Positions 35,161 to 47,400 of a DNA stretch of 64,000 nt are shown here, piece after piece; position 1 is the first letter of the stretch, and each line of letters begins with the position of its first letter. The position numbers and the translations under genes were made by a program. Source of the stretch: Leucoraja erinacea. Taxonomy: Eukaryota. The stretch is from NCBI RefSeq assembly GCF_028641065.1, contig NC_073381.1:92938001-93002000 (forward strand), in the 5' to 3' direction. The notes under the pieces were generated by a model, which did no database searches, was not told the origin of the DNA, and worked only from the letters and a program-made list of their open reading frames with translations.

Positions 35161-38100
35161 ATTGGGCCTCTACTGGGCCTGTACTCACTGGAGTTTAGAA
35201 GAGTGAGGGGGACATCATTGAAACGTACAGAATAGTGAAAGGCTTGGATAGAGTGGATGTGGAGGGGATGTTTCCACTATTGGGAGAGTCTTGAAATAAA
35301 GGTCAAAGCCTCCGAATTAAGGGATGTTCTTTTAGGAAGGAGATGAGGAGAAATGCATTTAGTCAGAGGGTGGTGAATCTGTGGAATTCTTTGCCACAGA
35401 AGGCTGTGGAGGCCAAGTCAGTGGCTATATTTAAGGCAGAGACAGATAGATTCTTAATTAGTACAGGTGTCGGGGGTTATAGGGAGAAGGCAGGATAATG
35501 GGGTTAATCAACCATGATTAGATGGCATAGACTTGATGGGCCGAATGGCCTAATTCTACTCCTATCATTTATGACCTTATGATACTGTGTTAGCCCTTGG
35601 ACAAACCAATAATGACTGGGACTCGTCATAGTAACCGATAGTAATGCTTTGCATGCTGCATTCAGTCACAAAGGTCATAAAATGGTCAAGTAACACATGT
35701 CTGGGGGAGATAAGAAAATGGGGGAATAAAGACAACACGTTTGTTTTCAGTGGCTTTAAATATGCACTTATCGGATCAAAGCAAAGATCTGACATTGGCG
35801 ACGAGGATGAATTAGGAATTGTGTAGTTCAACTTTTGAGACAGACATGGTGTTTGGTGGAGTTGAAGTAGCTGGAATTGGAGGATTGAATCCATTCGCGT
35901 GGGGAAGTGAGTGTAGTACGTGCACTTTGGAAGGCATGGCCAGAGGAATTTGATGTCTCCGCAGACAGCCTGGGACTGTTTGTCGACGGGACAATGCTGA
36001 TGGAGCTCACAGGACAGAGAGCATTGCTATTGTACGGTAGGATGCAAGCAGAAGCCTCCACGTGGCACATCCCGGGCAATGCTGATGACAGACACTGTAC
36101 CACAGTGACTGACTGAAGTAGCCAATTCCAACCAACCACCGACCGTCAACCGTCACTGACCGAACGGAAAGACGTGATATAGAAGATGGCCGGACACGAG
36201 GAAGAAGTTGTACAGTCCTGGAGCTTCAGTTTGAGAGTCTTTCAAAACTCTTCCAGAGACAGGATGCAAAGTGGATTATGCTAAGGCTGTTGCTGCTTTG
36301 ATGAGGCATCATGTGATGGAAACGAATGGTACATTTCAACAACATGTGTTGCGCCAGATGACACAGAGAGATGGGGAAATCATGCGGGGAAAATGCATTT
36401 TCTTCCACCTGATCTACTTGTATTGCCACCTGATCTATGAACAAGATCCCTCTTTACAGCAATGCCATTAAGGTTCCTGCCATTAACTGTATACTTTCCC
36501 ATTACATTCATTCTCCCAAAGTGCAACGCCTCACCACACTTGATTGGATTCAACTCCATCTGCCATTTCTCTGCCCATTTCTGCAACTGATCTATAATCT
36601 CACTGTATCTTCAGTGAGCATTCCTCACTGTCTGTAACTCTGCCAATTTTAGTATCGTTAGAAACTTATTCACCGATCCATCTACATTTACATCTAGATC
36701 ATTTATGTATATTGCAAACAGCAGAAGTCCCAGCACAGATCCCTGTGGAACGCCACTGGCCACTGACCTCCAGCCGGAATATTTAGCTTCCACCACAATT
36801 CTCAGTTTACTGTGAATAAGCCAGTTCTGAATCTGTACGGCCAAGCCATTGTGAATCCTGTGTATCTTCTGGATCAGCCTGTAATGAGAGACCTTATCAA
36901 AAGCCTTTCTAAAATACATCCACTGCCCTGCCTTCATCAATCTACTTCATCACCTCTCTTCGTCAATCTGCTTTGTCACCTCCATATTGTACTGGGAAAT
37001 GAACCTGGCTAGGTGATCGGAGTTTCAGTGGAAGAGTATTTTGGGAACAGCGATCACAATTTCAGAAGTTTTAAGAGAGTTATTAATAAGTATAAGTTTG
37101 GACCTTAGGTAATGTACTATATTAGGGTAAAGCAGATTACAGCGTTATTAGGCAGGGGCTAGGAAGAGTAATTTGGGGCAGTTGTTATTGGGTAAGACCG
37201 CATGTGACATGTGGGAGGCGTTTAAAGGCCAGCTGATTAGAGCTCAGGACTGGCATGTTCCACTAAGGAGGAAGGATAAGGATGGCAAGATAAGGGAACC
37301 TTGGATGACCAAAGAGGTTGTAAGTTTGGTCAAAAAGAAAAATAGGAAGCCTATGTAAGATTTAGAAAAAGGAAATCCGACAGGGCTTTTGAAAAATATA
37401 AAGCGAGCAGGGAAGTTCGTTATTTTTACTTTTATTGGTTTTTTTTGGTGTGTCTAGTGTTGGTTTGGATGTCTCTCGGTATGTCTTGTGTGGGGGGTGG
37501 TGGGGAGGGCAAAGGGGGGGGGGGAACTATTTACGGTCGCCTCCTCCAAGGAGAGGCGACTTTTTCCATGTCGCCTCCCTCGCGGCCTAACAGAATGGAT
37601 TGTAGCGGCCTTTCCCGGAGTCGGGCCCGGAGCATCGGCAGCAGCGCAGCGTGGACTTTCCATCGCGGAGCGGGCAAACCCTTGCTGGGGGTCGCCAGAG
37701 AGGAGTGCTCCGAATGCTGGCCTGGTGACTTTGGCATCATGGAGCTGTGGTCTGCAGAGCTTCGTGGCATGGACTTACCACCCGGAGCCTGGGATCCCTC
37801 GACGGGGATCGCCGGAGAAGAGCTCCGACCGCCGGCTGCGGCCTATAATATCCTGAAGCCACGGTCTCCAGTAGGAAAATGCCAATTCGGGACCTCCAAG
37901 CCGCGGAGTGTGTTCGACCGTCCCGACGTCGGAGTTTCAATCACCCCGACGAGAGGGCCTTTACATCGGGCTGTCCGTAGCGGCGGCTACAGAGGGTTTA
38001 TGGCCCCGAACACGGGGTGAACAAGGATGAGGGCTGGCTGAACTTTGTTGCCTTCCACCACCGTGAAGAATGCTGTGGTGGGTGTTTGTATTAAATTTTA

Positions 38101-39004
38101 TTGTGTATTGTGTGTTCTTTTTAAGTGTATCGCTGCTGGAAAATTCATTTCACTGCACCTTCGGGTAAATTGACTTTGAAAGACGAGTAGGCAATTAGAA
38201 GGGGCAAAAAGGGACATGAAATATTAATGGTGAGTGAATTAAAAAAAAAAAACCAAGGCTTTTCATATGTATGTTAAAAAGAAGATGGTAACCAGGGAGA
38301 AGGTAGGAATGCTCAAGGACAAGAGAGAATTTTTGCTTGGAGAAAGAGAATATAAGCAAAGTACTAAACACCCCCGGTGCGGATGCGAGGTGGATAGGCC
38401 CCAGGTGAGGCGGCAAGGTTCGGCGGGGGAAAAGGGTTAAATAAACGACATACCTTTTGCTTTGTCCTGCACTTCCAGTGATCCAAGGATCTGTGGAGCA
38501 AATTCCTCTCCACAACGAATATAAACCTCACCTGCATTTTAATCCCTCCCCCTCACATCACCAAAGCGCCACCGATGGTAGGTTTTGTAACAACGCATTT
38601 ATCGCACAGCGCCTCTGATGGTAGGATTTGTAACAACGCCACTATCTCAAAAGTTTAACACACCTTGGTGCAGCAAGCAGAGGCCCCCCTAGATCTCGAG
38701 GCCCTAAAGTTAAGCTTGTCTAGCTTATACGTAAATCCGGCCCTGGGAGGCCATTTAAGCCTGATGTGAGAAAAAAACTTTTTCACCCAGAGAGCTGTGA
38801 ATTTGTATAATTCCCTGCCACAGGGAGCAGTGGAGGCCAAATCACTGGATGGATTTAAGAGAGAGTTAGATAGAGCTCGAGTGGCTAGTGGTATCAAGGA
38901 ATATGGTGAGAAGGCAGGCACGGTTATTGATTGGGGATGATCAGCCATGATCACAATGAATGGCGGTGCTGGCTCGAATGGCCGAATAATCTATAAACCA
39001 CGTG

Positions 39005-40315
39005 TTCAAGAAGGAACTGCAGATGCTGGAAAATCGAAGGTACACAAAAATGCTGGAGAAACTCAGCGGGTGCAGCAGCATCTATGGAGTGAAGGAAATA
39101 GGTAACGTTTCGGGCCGAAACCCTTCTTCAGACTGATGGGGGGTGGGGAGAAGGAAGGAAAAAGGAGGAGGAGGAGCCCGAGGGCTGGGGGATGGGAGGA
39201 GACAGCTCGAGGGCTAAGGAAGGGGAGGAGACAGCAAGGGCTAACAAAATTGGGAGAATTCAATGTTCATGCCCTCTGGATGCAGGCTCACCAAGCGGAA
39301 TATGAGGTGCTGTTCCTCCAATTTCTGGTGTTGTTCACTCTGGCAATGGAGGAGACCCAGGACAGAGAGATCAGATTGGGAATAGGAGGGGGAGTTGAAG
39401 TGCTGAGCCACCAGGAGGTCATGTAGGTTCTTGCGGACCGAGCGGAGGTGTTCGGCGAAACGATCGCCCAACCTCCGCTTAGTCTCACCGATGTAGGTCA
39501 GCTGACATCCAGAGCAGCGGATGCAGTAGATGAGGTTGGAGGAGATACAGGTGAACCTCTGTCGCACCTGGAACGACTGCTTGGGTCCTTGAATGGAGTC
39601 GAGGGGGGAGGTAAAGGGATAGGTGTTGCATTTCTTGCGGTTGCAACAGAAAGTGCCCGGGGAGGGGGTGGTACGGGAGGGAAGGGAAGAATTGACAAGG
39701 GAGTTGCGGAGGGAGCGGTCTTTGCGGAAGGCAGACATGGGGGGAGATGGGAAGATGTGGCGAGTGGTGGGGTCATGTTGGAGGTGGCGATAAATGACGG
39801 AGGATTATTTGTTGTATGTGACGGCTGGTGGGGTGAAAGGTGAGGACTAGGGGGACTCTGCCCTTGTTGCGAGTGTGGGGATGGGGAGAGAGAGCAGTGT
39901 TGCGGGGTATGGAAGAGACCCTGGTGCGAGCCTCATCTATGGTGGAGGAGGGGAATCCCCGTTCCCTGAAGAATGAGGACATTTCAGATGCCCTGGTGTG
40001 GAACGCCTCATCCTGGGAGCAGATGCCGCGTAGGCGGAGGAATTGGGAGTGGGGGATGGAGTCCTTACATGAGGCAGGGTGGGAAGAAGTGTAGTCCAGA
40101 GAGCCATGGGAGTCAGTGGGTTTGTAGTGGATGTCGGTCAGAAGTCTATAACCTGCGATGGAGATAGTGAGGTCAAGGAATGGTAGGGAAGTGTCGGAAA
40201 TAGTCCAGGTGTGTTTGAGTGCCGGATGGAAGTTGGTGGTGAAGTGGATGAAGTCGGTCAGTTGTGTGTGGGTGCAGGAGGTGACCCCAAAGCAGTCGTC
40301 GATGTAACGGAGGTC
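39005..40315 (-). mobile_element. Penelope-like element from the RT YIDD motif through GIY-YIG to the 3' terminal repeat
   Basis: LRYIDDCFG near 40290-40312; F.ERGFP and VPLVLTFHP motifs; NLIYCIRC..YIGETKRRLGDRFAEH; hammerhead core at about 39105-39132. Confidence 0.9.
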
Positions 40316-40892
40316 TATGAACCACTGTTGTTTGTTACACTATTCTTATACCAATGTTAAGCACTTTGGCCAACGAGAGGTGTTTATTAAATGTGCTATA
40401 TAAATAAATGTGACTTGACTTGACTTCTCCTGCGCCTATTTTCTATGTTTTCTATGTCTATCATTGCAGATCAAGAATTTCTTTGTTCTATCTCGGGCAT
40501 ATGACAATAAAATACCTTTAACTCTTGAGCAGGTTGCATTGAGCCTTATAAGAGGAGGTATGTGCAGCGAGTTCCTGTGAAAGTAGGGACTGCAATGCTA
40601 ATCTAAGCAGGGATGAGGTGTCGTTTGCAGAACCGCTGCTGCAATGGTGAGCTCTGCAGAACAAAGGGTGCTCTGCTCATCGTCATTGCAAAGTAGAGGA
40701 TGCCATGTGGGTCTTCGCAGAGCAGGGATGGGATGGGATGCCGCCTGAGACTTGCCAGGGCAGTTACTTTACTGCAAGTCCCTGGGAAGCGGCAATGCAA
40801 AGTGAGTAACTGCAGAGCAGAATAAGGGATTCAATGCCGGTCTTTTTGCAGAGCATTGAATGTAGCAGGATCCAGCCCCTTTCGGAGCGGTA

Positions 40893-41871
40893 ATGATGTG
40901 GAAGGTACACAAAAATGCTGGAGAAACTTAGCGGGTGCAGCAGCATCTATGGAGCAAAGGAAATAGGCAACGTTTCGGGCCGAAACCCTTCTCCAGTCTT
41001 CGATTTTCCAGCATCTGCAGTTCCTTCTTAAACAACATGATGTGGACGGGAGGTACACAAAAAAGCTGGAGAAACTCAGCGGGTGCAGCAGCATCTATGG
41101 AGCGAAGGAAATAGGCAACGTTTCGGGCCGAAACGCTTCTTCAGACTGATCGGGGGGGGGGACAAGAAAGGACAAAGGAGGAGGAGCCCGAAGGCTGGGG
41201 GATGGGAGGAGACAGCAGGGGGACTGAGGAAGGGGAGGAGACAGCAAGGACTAACAAAATTGGGAGAATTCGATGTTCATGCCCCCAGGATGCAGACTCC
41301 CCAAACGGAATATGAGGTGCTGTTCCTCCAATTTCCGGTGCTGCTCGCTGTGGCCATGGAGGAGACCCAGGACAGAGAGGTCGGAGACGGAGTGGGAGGG
41401 GGAGTTGAAGTGCTGAGCCACCGGGAGGTCAGCTTGGTTATTGCGGACTGAGCGGAGGTGTTCGGCGAAACGATCGCCCAACCTCAGCTTGGTCTCACCG
41501 ATATACATCTGCTGACATCTAGAGCAGCGGATGCAATTGATGAGGTTGGAAGAGATGCAGGTAAACCTCTGTCGCACCTGGAACGATTGCTTGGGTCCTT
41601 GAACGGAGTCGAGGGGGGAGGTAAAGGGACAAGTGTTGCATCTCTTGCGGTTGCAAGGGAAAGTGCCCGGGGAGGGGGTGGTACGAGAGGGGAGGGAAGA
41701 ATTGACAAGGGAGTTATGGAGGGAGGAGTCTGAAGAAGGGTTTCGGCCCGAAACGTTGCCTATTTCCTTTGCTCCATAGATGCTGCTGCACCCGCTGAGT
41801 TTCTCCAGCTTTTTTGTGTACCTTCGATTCTCCAGCATCTGCAGTTCCTTCTTAAACAACATGATGTGGAC
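40893..41871 (-). mobile_element. Complex Penelope-like insertion with direct and inverted terminal repeats
   Basis: GIY-YIG fragment 41251-41725 (-); terminal modules at about 40901-41035 (-), 41051-41150 (-) and 41728-41855 (+). Confidence 0.85.
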
Positions 41872-42400
41872 AGGGTCTGGTGGGGCCGCCCACCAGGGGG
41901 CACTGGCATTGAGGGAGAGGGGCGACGCTAATGGCGGGAAGGTCATTGGTCTCACTGCCCAGTGATTGATGGGCAGCAGGGGCGGGGCATGTGAGGTGGG
42001 CGGGGTTTGATGGGACTGGGCGGGGCCTGTGGAGGCACAGGGTTGCGATTGTTTCGCTCCGTCCCCCTGAACCAAAGAACCGACCTGATCTCCCGGGTTG
42101 CTCAGCACTTAACTCCCCCTCCCGTTCCAACACTGACCTTCCTGTCCTGGTCCTCCTCCATTGCCAGCTGAAATTGGAGGGACAGCACCTCATATTTCAC
42201 TTGGGCAGCAGTGGTATGAATATTGACCTCACGAACTTCAACTAACCCTTGCCTTCCCTCTCTATCCCCTCCTCCTTCCCAGTTCTCCCACCAGTCTTAC
42301 TGTCTCTGATTACATTTTATCTCTTCCTTCTCTCCAGAGATGCTACCTGTCCCGCTGAGTTACTCCAGCATTTCGTGTCATAGTACCTGCACTGTTATTG

Positions 42401-42546
42401 NNNNNNNNNNNNNNNNNNNNNNNNNNNNNNNNNNNNNNNNNNNNNNNNNNNNNNNNNNNNNNNNNNNNNNNNNNNNNNNNNNNNNNNNNNNNNNNNNNNN
42501 NNNNNNNNNNNNNNNNNNNNNNNNNNNNNNNNNNNNNNNNNNNNNN
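42401..42546. other. Assembly gap (N run)
   Basis: 146 N characters. Confidence 1.
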
Positions 42547-42979
42547 GCCATTCGGCCCTTCGAGCCTGCACCGCCATTCAATATGATCATGGCTGATCAT
42601 AAATATATTGTTTATTATATTATTATATTTATCTCGTTTATTATATTGTTTACAGTGTACTAAGTTGACACGTTCTGTGGTGTAAATGTTGTGCTGCAGC
42701 AAGTAAGAATTTAATTGTTCTATCTGGGATATATGACAATAAAACACTCTTGACTCTTTATCTCTCTTTGCTTTGTTGTTGTTATCTTCTCCCACCTAAC
42801 AATAATCTATTCTGAATTTTCCTTGAACTGCATCCCCTTTATTTTTTGGATTCTGAAGAAGGGTCTCGACCGAAAAGTCACCCATTGCTTCTCTCCACAG
42901 AGGCTGCCTGACCCGCTGAGTTACTCCAGCACTTTGTGTCTATTGTGTTTGAGTGAAGGACGCTGGCGGGCGGAGGTTT

Positions 42980-43653
42980 GCGGGTGGAGGCGGGGCCTGC
43001 GATGTGAGTGACGTTGATGAGGCGGGGCCTGAGGTGGGTGCGGTTGCTGGGGGCGGGGCCCGCAGTTTGAGTGACGTTGATGGGGGCGGGGCCTGTGGTG
43101 TGAGTGACGTTGGGGCGGGGCCTGCGGTGTGAGTGGCGCCGTGGGGCGGGGCCTGCAGTGTGAGTGACGCTGTGGGGCGGGGCCTGCGGTGTGAGTGGCG
43201 CCGTGGGGCGGGGCCTGCGGTGTGAATGACGCTGTGGGGCGGGGCCTGCGGTGTGAGGGGAGCTGTGGGGCGGGGCCTGCGGTGTGAGGGGAGCTGTGGG
43301 GCGGGGCCTGCGGTGTGAGGGGAGCTGTGGGGCGGGGCCTGCGGTGTGAGGGGAGCTGTGGGGCGGGGCCTGCGGTGTGAGGGGAGCTGTGGGGCGGGGC
43401 CTGCGGTGTGAGTGACGGCGTGGGGCGGGGCCTGCGGTGTGAGGGGCGCTGTGGGGCGGGGCCTGCGGTGTGAATGACGCTGTGGGGCGGGGCCTGCGGT
43501 GTGAGGGGAGCTGTGGGGCGGGGCCTGCGGTGTGAGTGGCGCTGTGGGGCGGGGCCTGCGGTGTGAGTGACGCTGTGGGGCGGGGCCTGCGGTGTGAGTG
43601 ACGCCGTGGGGCGGGGCCTGCGGTGTGAGTGACGCCGTGGGGCGGGGCCTGCG
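42980..43653. promoter_or_regulatory. GC-box minisatellite (31-bp unit, about 22 copies) upstream of the ENAH-like exon 1
   Basis: Unit GTGTGAG(GGGA/TGAC)GCTGTGGGGCGGGGCCTGCG; GGGGCGGGGCC at 43205, 43236, 43267 and so on. Confidence 0.85.
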
Positions 43654-43995
43654 GTTGTCCGGGGTTTGCGGTTTGTGATTGGTGATGGTGGCGGCGGCTC
43701 GACCGCTTCCGGCGGTGGCGGGCGCGTGCGGCGACCGTTGCTCATTCGAAATCGTGAAGGGGACGCGAGGCGACGGCGGCTCCGGGACCTGACTCACCGG
43801 CGCCAGCTCGGCGACCACCGTCCACTCCAGTATCCGTCTGTGCCGCCGCCGGCACCACCGACTCACGGCTGCTGCTGATTTTGCTGCTACTCGGCGCGGG
43901 GAGCGAGTAAGTGAAGCGGAGAGGAGAGGCACCAAGAGGGAGCGAGCAAGTGAGCGACGGGGCGAGCCGAGCCGAGCCGGCGGCGGGCTGCGACC

Positions 43996-44000
43996 ATGAG
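43996..44000 (+). CDS. ENAH: First coding exon (ATG AG|gtgagt) of an Ena/VASP gene, probably ENAH; CpG-island 5'UTR from about 43705
   Basis: gcgaccATGAG followed by a consensus GTGAGT donor; a 5-nt coding first exon is typical of ENAH/VASP; divergent from SRP9 as in the mammalian ENAH-SRP9-EPHX1 block; ETS-like CTTCCGG near 43707. Exon 2 not seen, so identity rests on synteny. Confidence 0.7.
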
Positions 44001-44054
44001 GTGAGTGAAGCAACAACGAGACCCCGACCTTCGGCTGAGAGGGGAGAGCGATGG

Positions 44055-44430
44055 CCCGGACTCGGACCTCCGGCATCCCGGGGGGTGGGGAACAACAGAG
44101 CGGCCGAGACTCGGACCTCCCGCTTGGAGAGAGGTGGTTGTGGGCAAACAACAGAGTGGCCCTGACTCGGACCTCCGGCATCCCGGGGCGTGGGGAACAA
44201 CAGAGCGGCCGAGACTCGGACCTCCGGCATCCCGGGGGGTGGGGAACAACAGAGTGGCCGAGACTCGGACCTCCGGCATCCCGGCGGGTGGGGAACAACA
44301 GAGTGGCCGAGACTCGGACCTCCGGCTTGGAGAGAGGTGGTTGTGGGCAAACAACAGAGTGGCCCTGACTCGGACCTCCGGCAGCCCGGGGGGTGGGGAA
44401 CAACAGAGTGGCCGAGACTCGGACCTCCGG
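44055..44430. repeat. Tandem repeat of 49- and 56-bp units at the start of intron 1 of the ENAH-like gene
   Basis: Anchor CTCGGACCTCC at 44061, 44110, 44166, 44215, 44264, 44313, 44369, 44418. Confidence 0.9.
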
Positions 44431-47400
44431 CTGAGGACAGGGCAGGGGGAGTCGAGGAATAGCGAAGATGCACTGATTCGTGGGGGAGGAGGGGGCTGTT
44501 AGGTCTATTCTATCCCTCCCGAGTAGAGGTAGAAGTGATTTGAGTATTTTCCTTTAGCGTATGAATGAATTGGTGAGGGGAAGAGGGTGGCGAGGAGTCC
44601 TCTCAACGTGATAGAATAGATACATGGTGGGTTCGGGAATTGAATGGTTTGACTTTGAGTGGATCGCTGAATGGAGGGGCGAGTGATGGAAGAAGGGGAG
44701 ATCCTGAATACATGGACAGATGGAAGCCACTCCTGAGTTGAGGGACGGGGGGTGGTTCTGAAACCGGGGGGAAAGAGATATATTTGGGGCAAGAGAAAAA
44801 GATGGAGAGGAGAGATATGGAACGGTATTCTGAATGTGGGTGGGGTTGAGGAGAGGGGGAGAGACCAAGGTCTATCGAGGGACAGTCTCTGGTTGTTTTT
44901 TAAAAACTGTTTGAGCTGCTATGTTTCACGTTCACAGAACATTTTTAGCTTTTTGCTTCCATCAGCAAACTATTGCAAATGATTCAGCCTTTTGCCGTCT
45001 CCTTCCTGATTGTTTCTATTCGCATGTGTTTGGAGTTCCCTCCCAAAGATAACTCCGTTAGAGACCTGTAATTAAAAAATAAAACCAGGTTGAATTGTTG
45101 GCTGATTTTGAAGTGTGGGTTTTCATCTCGGCTCATTATCCAAAGTATTGCTTTGTGCTGAATTATAATCAAATGCGTGACATTTTTAAGATTTACTGTT
45201 GCATCCTAGCAGAACCATTCCTTCCTTTGGGACCCCTCTTCCAATCAGAATCCCCGCCCCCCCCACCTCCAGGACCCCTTTCCCAATCAGGACCCTCTCT
45301 CCTCCAGGACCCCACCGCCAATTGCTGACCTGCACCACAGTCTAAAAACAGAATTTGGCAGATGCCTCAAATCAGAATTCTAAACAAAAGATGATTGAAT
45401 TCTCAGCAAGTCAGGCAGCATTTATGGAAAGAGAGTGGAAAAGACAACCAGTGTTTTGATTTGATGATCTTTCATCATGATTTTGCTCTTTATCCATCAC
45501 TATTCAATAACCCAAAGAAAAATCTGTGAATTTCACTTCTTGAAACCATGAACTTTTCAAACAAAGAGCAAGTGTTGTTGGGGGGAACACGGCAGATTTT
45601 CCACTATCCTTTATGAAGGAATTTTTGTGACTTTATTGATGAACAGCCTGCTCTGGTTTTAATGTTTTGCCGCCTTGATCCGGACTGCTGACAAAGGAAG
45701 TTGTTCCTTTTTCTCTATCCCTATTGATTACGCCATTCATCTAACCCACCTCAACTATATCATCCATTAATTGTGTCATTTTAAGGGAATACAGTCTTAG
45801 TCATGGCCTTTGCTCTTATTTTTGGGCTAGTTCCTTCTGATCAATGTGTTCATTTACTCCACTAGAGCTAATGTTTCCTTCTTGCAACGCTTAGACTTAA
45901 CACTAGACCTCATGGTCTAGCCAGAACTATATAAACCCAGATGATCTGATGTATTTTGCTCTCCTTGAGACTTCATTGGGTTTTGTAATTTTCCTTTAGC
46001 ATATGTTCACTTTTATTTGATTCATATGCTTGGATGTTTAAATCTCCAGTTTCTACCATTGGTGCTTAAAACAAAATGCTGTAATTACTTAAAGCAGAAT
46101 ATAGGTCAGTTACAGATGGGCAGAGAAATGACAGATGGAACAATCTTGGCAAATTTGAAGTTTTGCACTTTGGGAGATTGAATGTAAGGGGAAAAGTGTG
46201 CAGTTAATGGCAGGACCCTTAGAAGCACAAATGTACAGATAGAAGTAGCAACATGAGTAGATAGAGTTGTAAAGAAAGCATATGGTATGCTTGTCTTTGT
46301 CAGTTCGGGCTTTGAGTATAAGAGCCAGGAAGTCATGTTACAGTTTTTATTAGGTGCAGAAGAGGTTCACCAGAATGCTGCCTTGGTTATCAAATATTAG
46401 CTATAAGGAGGTGCTGGATAACCTTGGATTATTTTATCTGGAACATTGGAGGTGAGGGAAGACCTGATAGATGTATATGATATTCTGAGAGGCATAGATA
46501 GGATGGACGGGCTATCCCTTTTCTCCAGGGTGGAAATGTTAAAGCTAGGGAGCATGTCTTTAAAAGGTGAGAAGGGGATAGATTAAATGATATGTGCAGT
46601 GCATGTCTTTCTACACAGAGTGGTGAGTAACTGGAATGTGCTGCTATGGAAGGTACGATAATGGTGTTTACGAAGCTTTTAAATAGGCACATGAATAAGC
46701 AGGGATATGGTATTGTGCAGGCAGAATGAATTAGTTTAATTTGGCATGTTCGGTGCACACATTGTGGGCCAAAGGACCCCTGCTATACTGTTATTTTTCT
46801 TGAGGTTCTTCACTCTTTGTATCTGGGGAAATTGATTTAAGTTTTTTATTGTTAGCTGGCTTTTGTTCTTTAATTGGTTTTGGGATTGAAGACTATTTAA
46901 TGTGCACAGTTCGGTATGGTATTCCATTTAATTATTGTCGATGGTGTGTAATTTCTTTGTCAATAGGTTTTCATATTCCACTGCCCAAAAACATTAGGAT
47001 TGTCCAAAATTATGCCATCAGTGAGTTTAATTAGAATTCACTTTATCCTCCTTGTTAGTGTATCAACATTGGCTAATTGTTCTTGAATTTTACAGTTCTC
47101 TATTTCCTAATTCCCCCATATCTGAGACCTTTTCTCATTTGTGCAAACCTCAACACCTGTGTTTCTGTTAATTTGACCTCTTGTAAGACTTCTAATTTTA
47201 ATTGTTACTCCATAATCTTTGCACATTTGGTTGATGCTGAGGCTCTGTAATCTCTCCATCGATCCTCACTTATGATCTCACTTAACTGACAAAGTTAATT
47301 GACTGACTAAACCTAACTGACTAAGATGTAGTCATTTCAGTAGTATCATATGAAGGTGTGATAAAATGTAGTTTTATGTGTTTTTGTGAAGAGTTTTGGG

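Noticed and set aside
35580-36300. Coding-like, moderately CpG-rich stretch with AAGATGGCCG
   Set aside because: No recognisable protein motif, splice pattern or termini; probably a decayed DNA transposon
38560-38744. hAT-like end (CAGGGCCGGATTT on minus) and a short duplicated motif
   Set aside because: Only one terminus visible and no TSD
42921-44502. 274-487 aa repetitive ORFs
   Set aside because: Stop-free GC-rich tandem repeats with periods not divisible by 3
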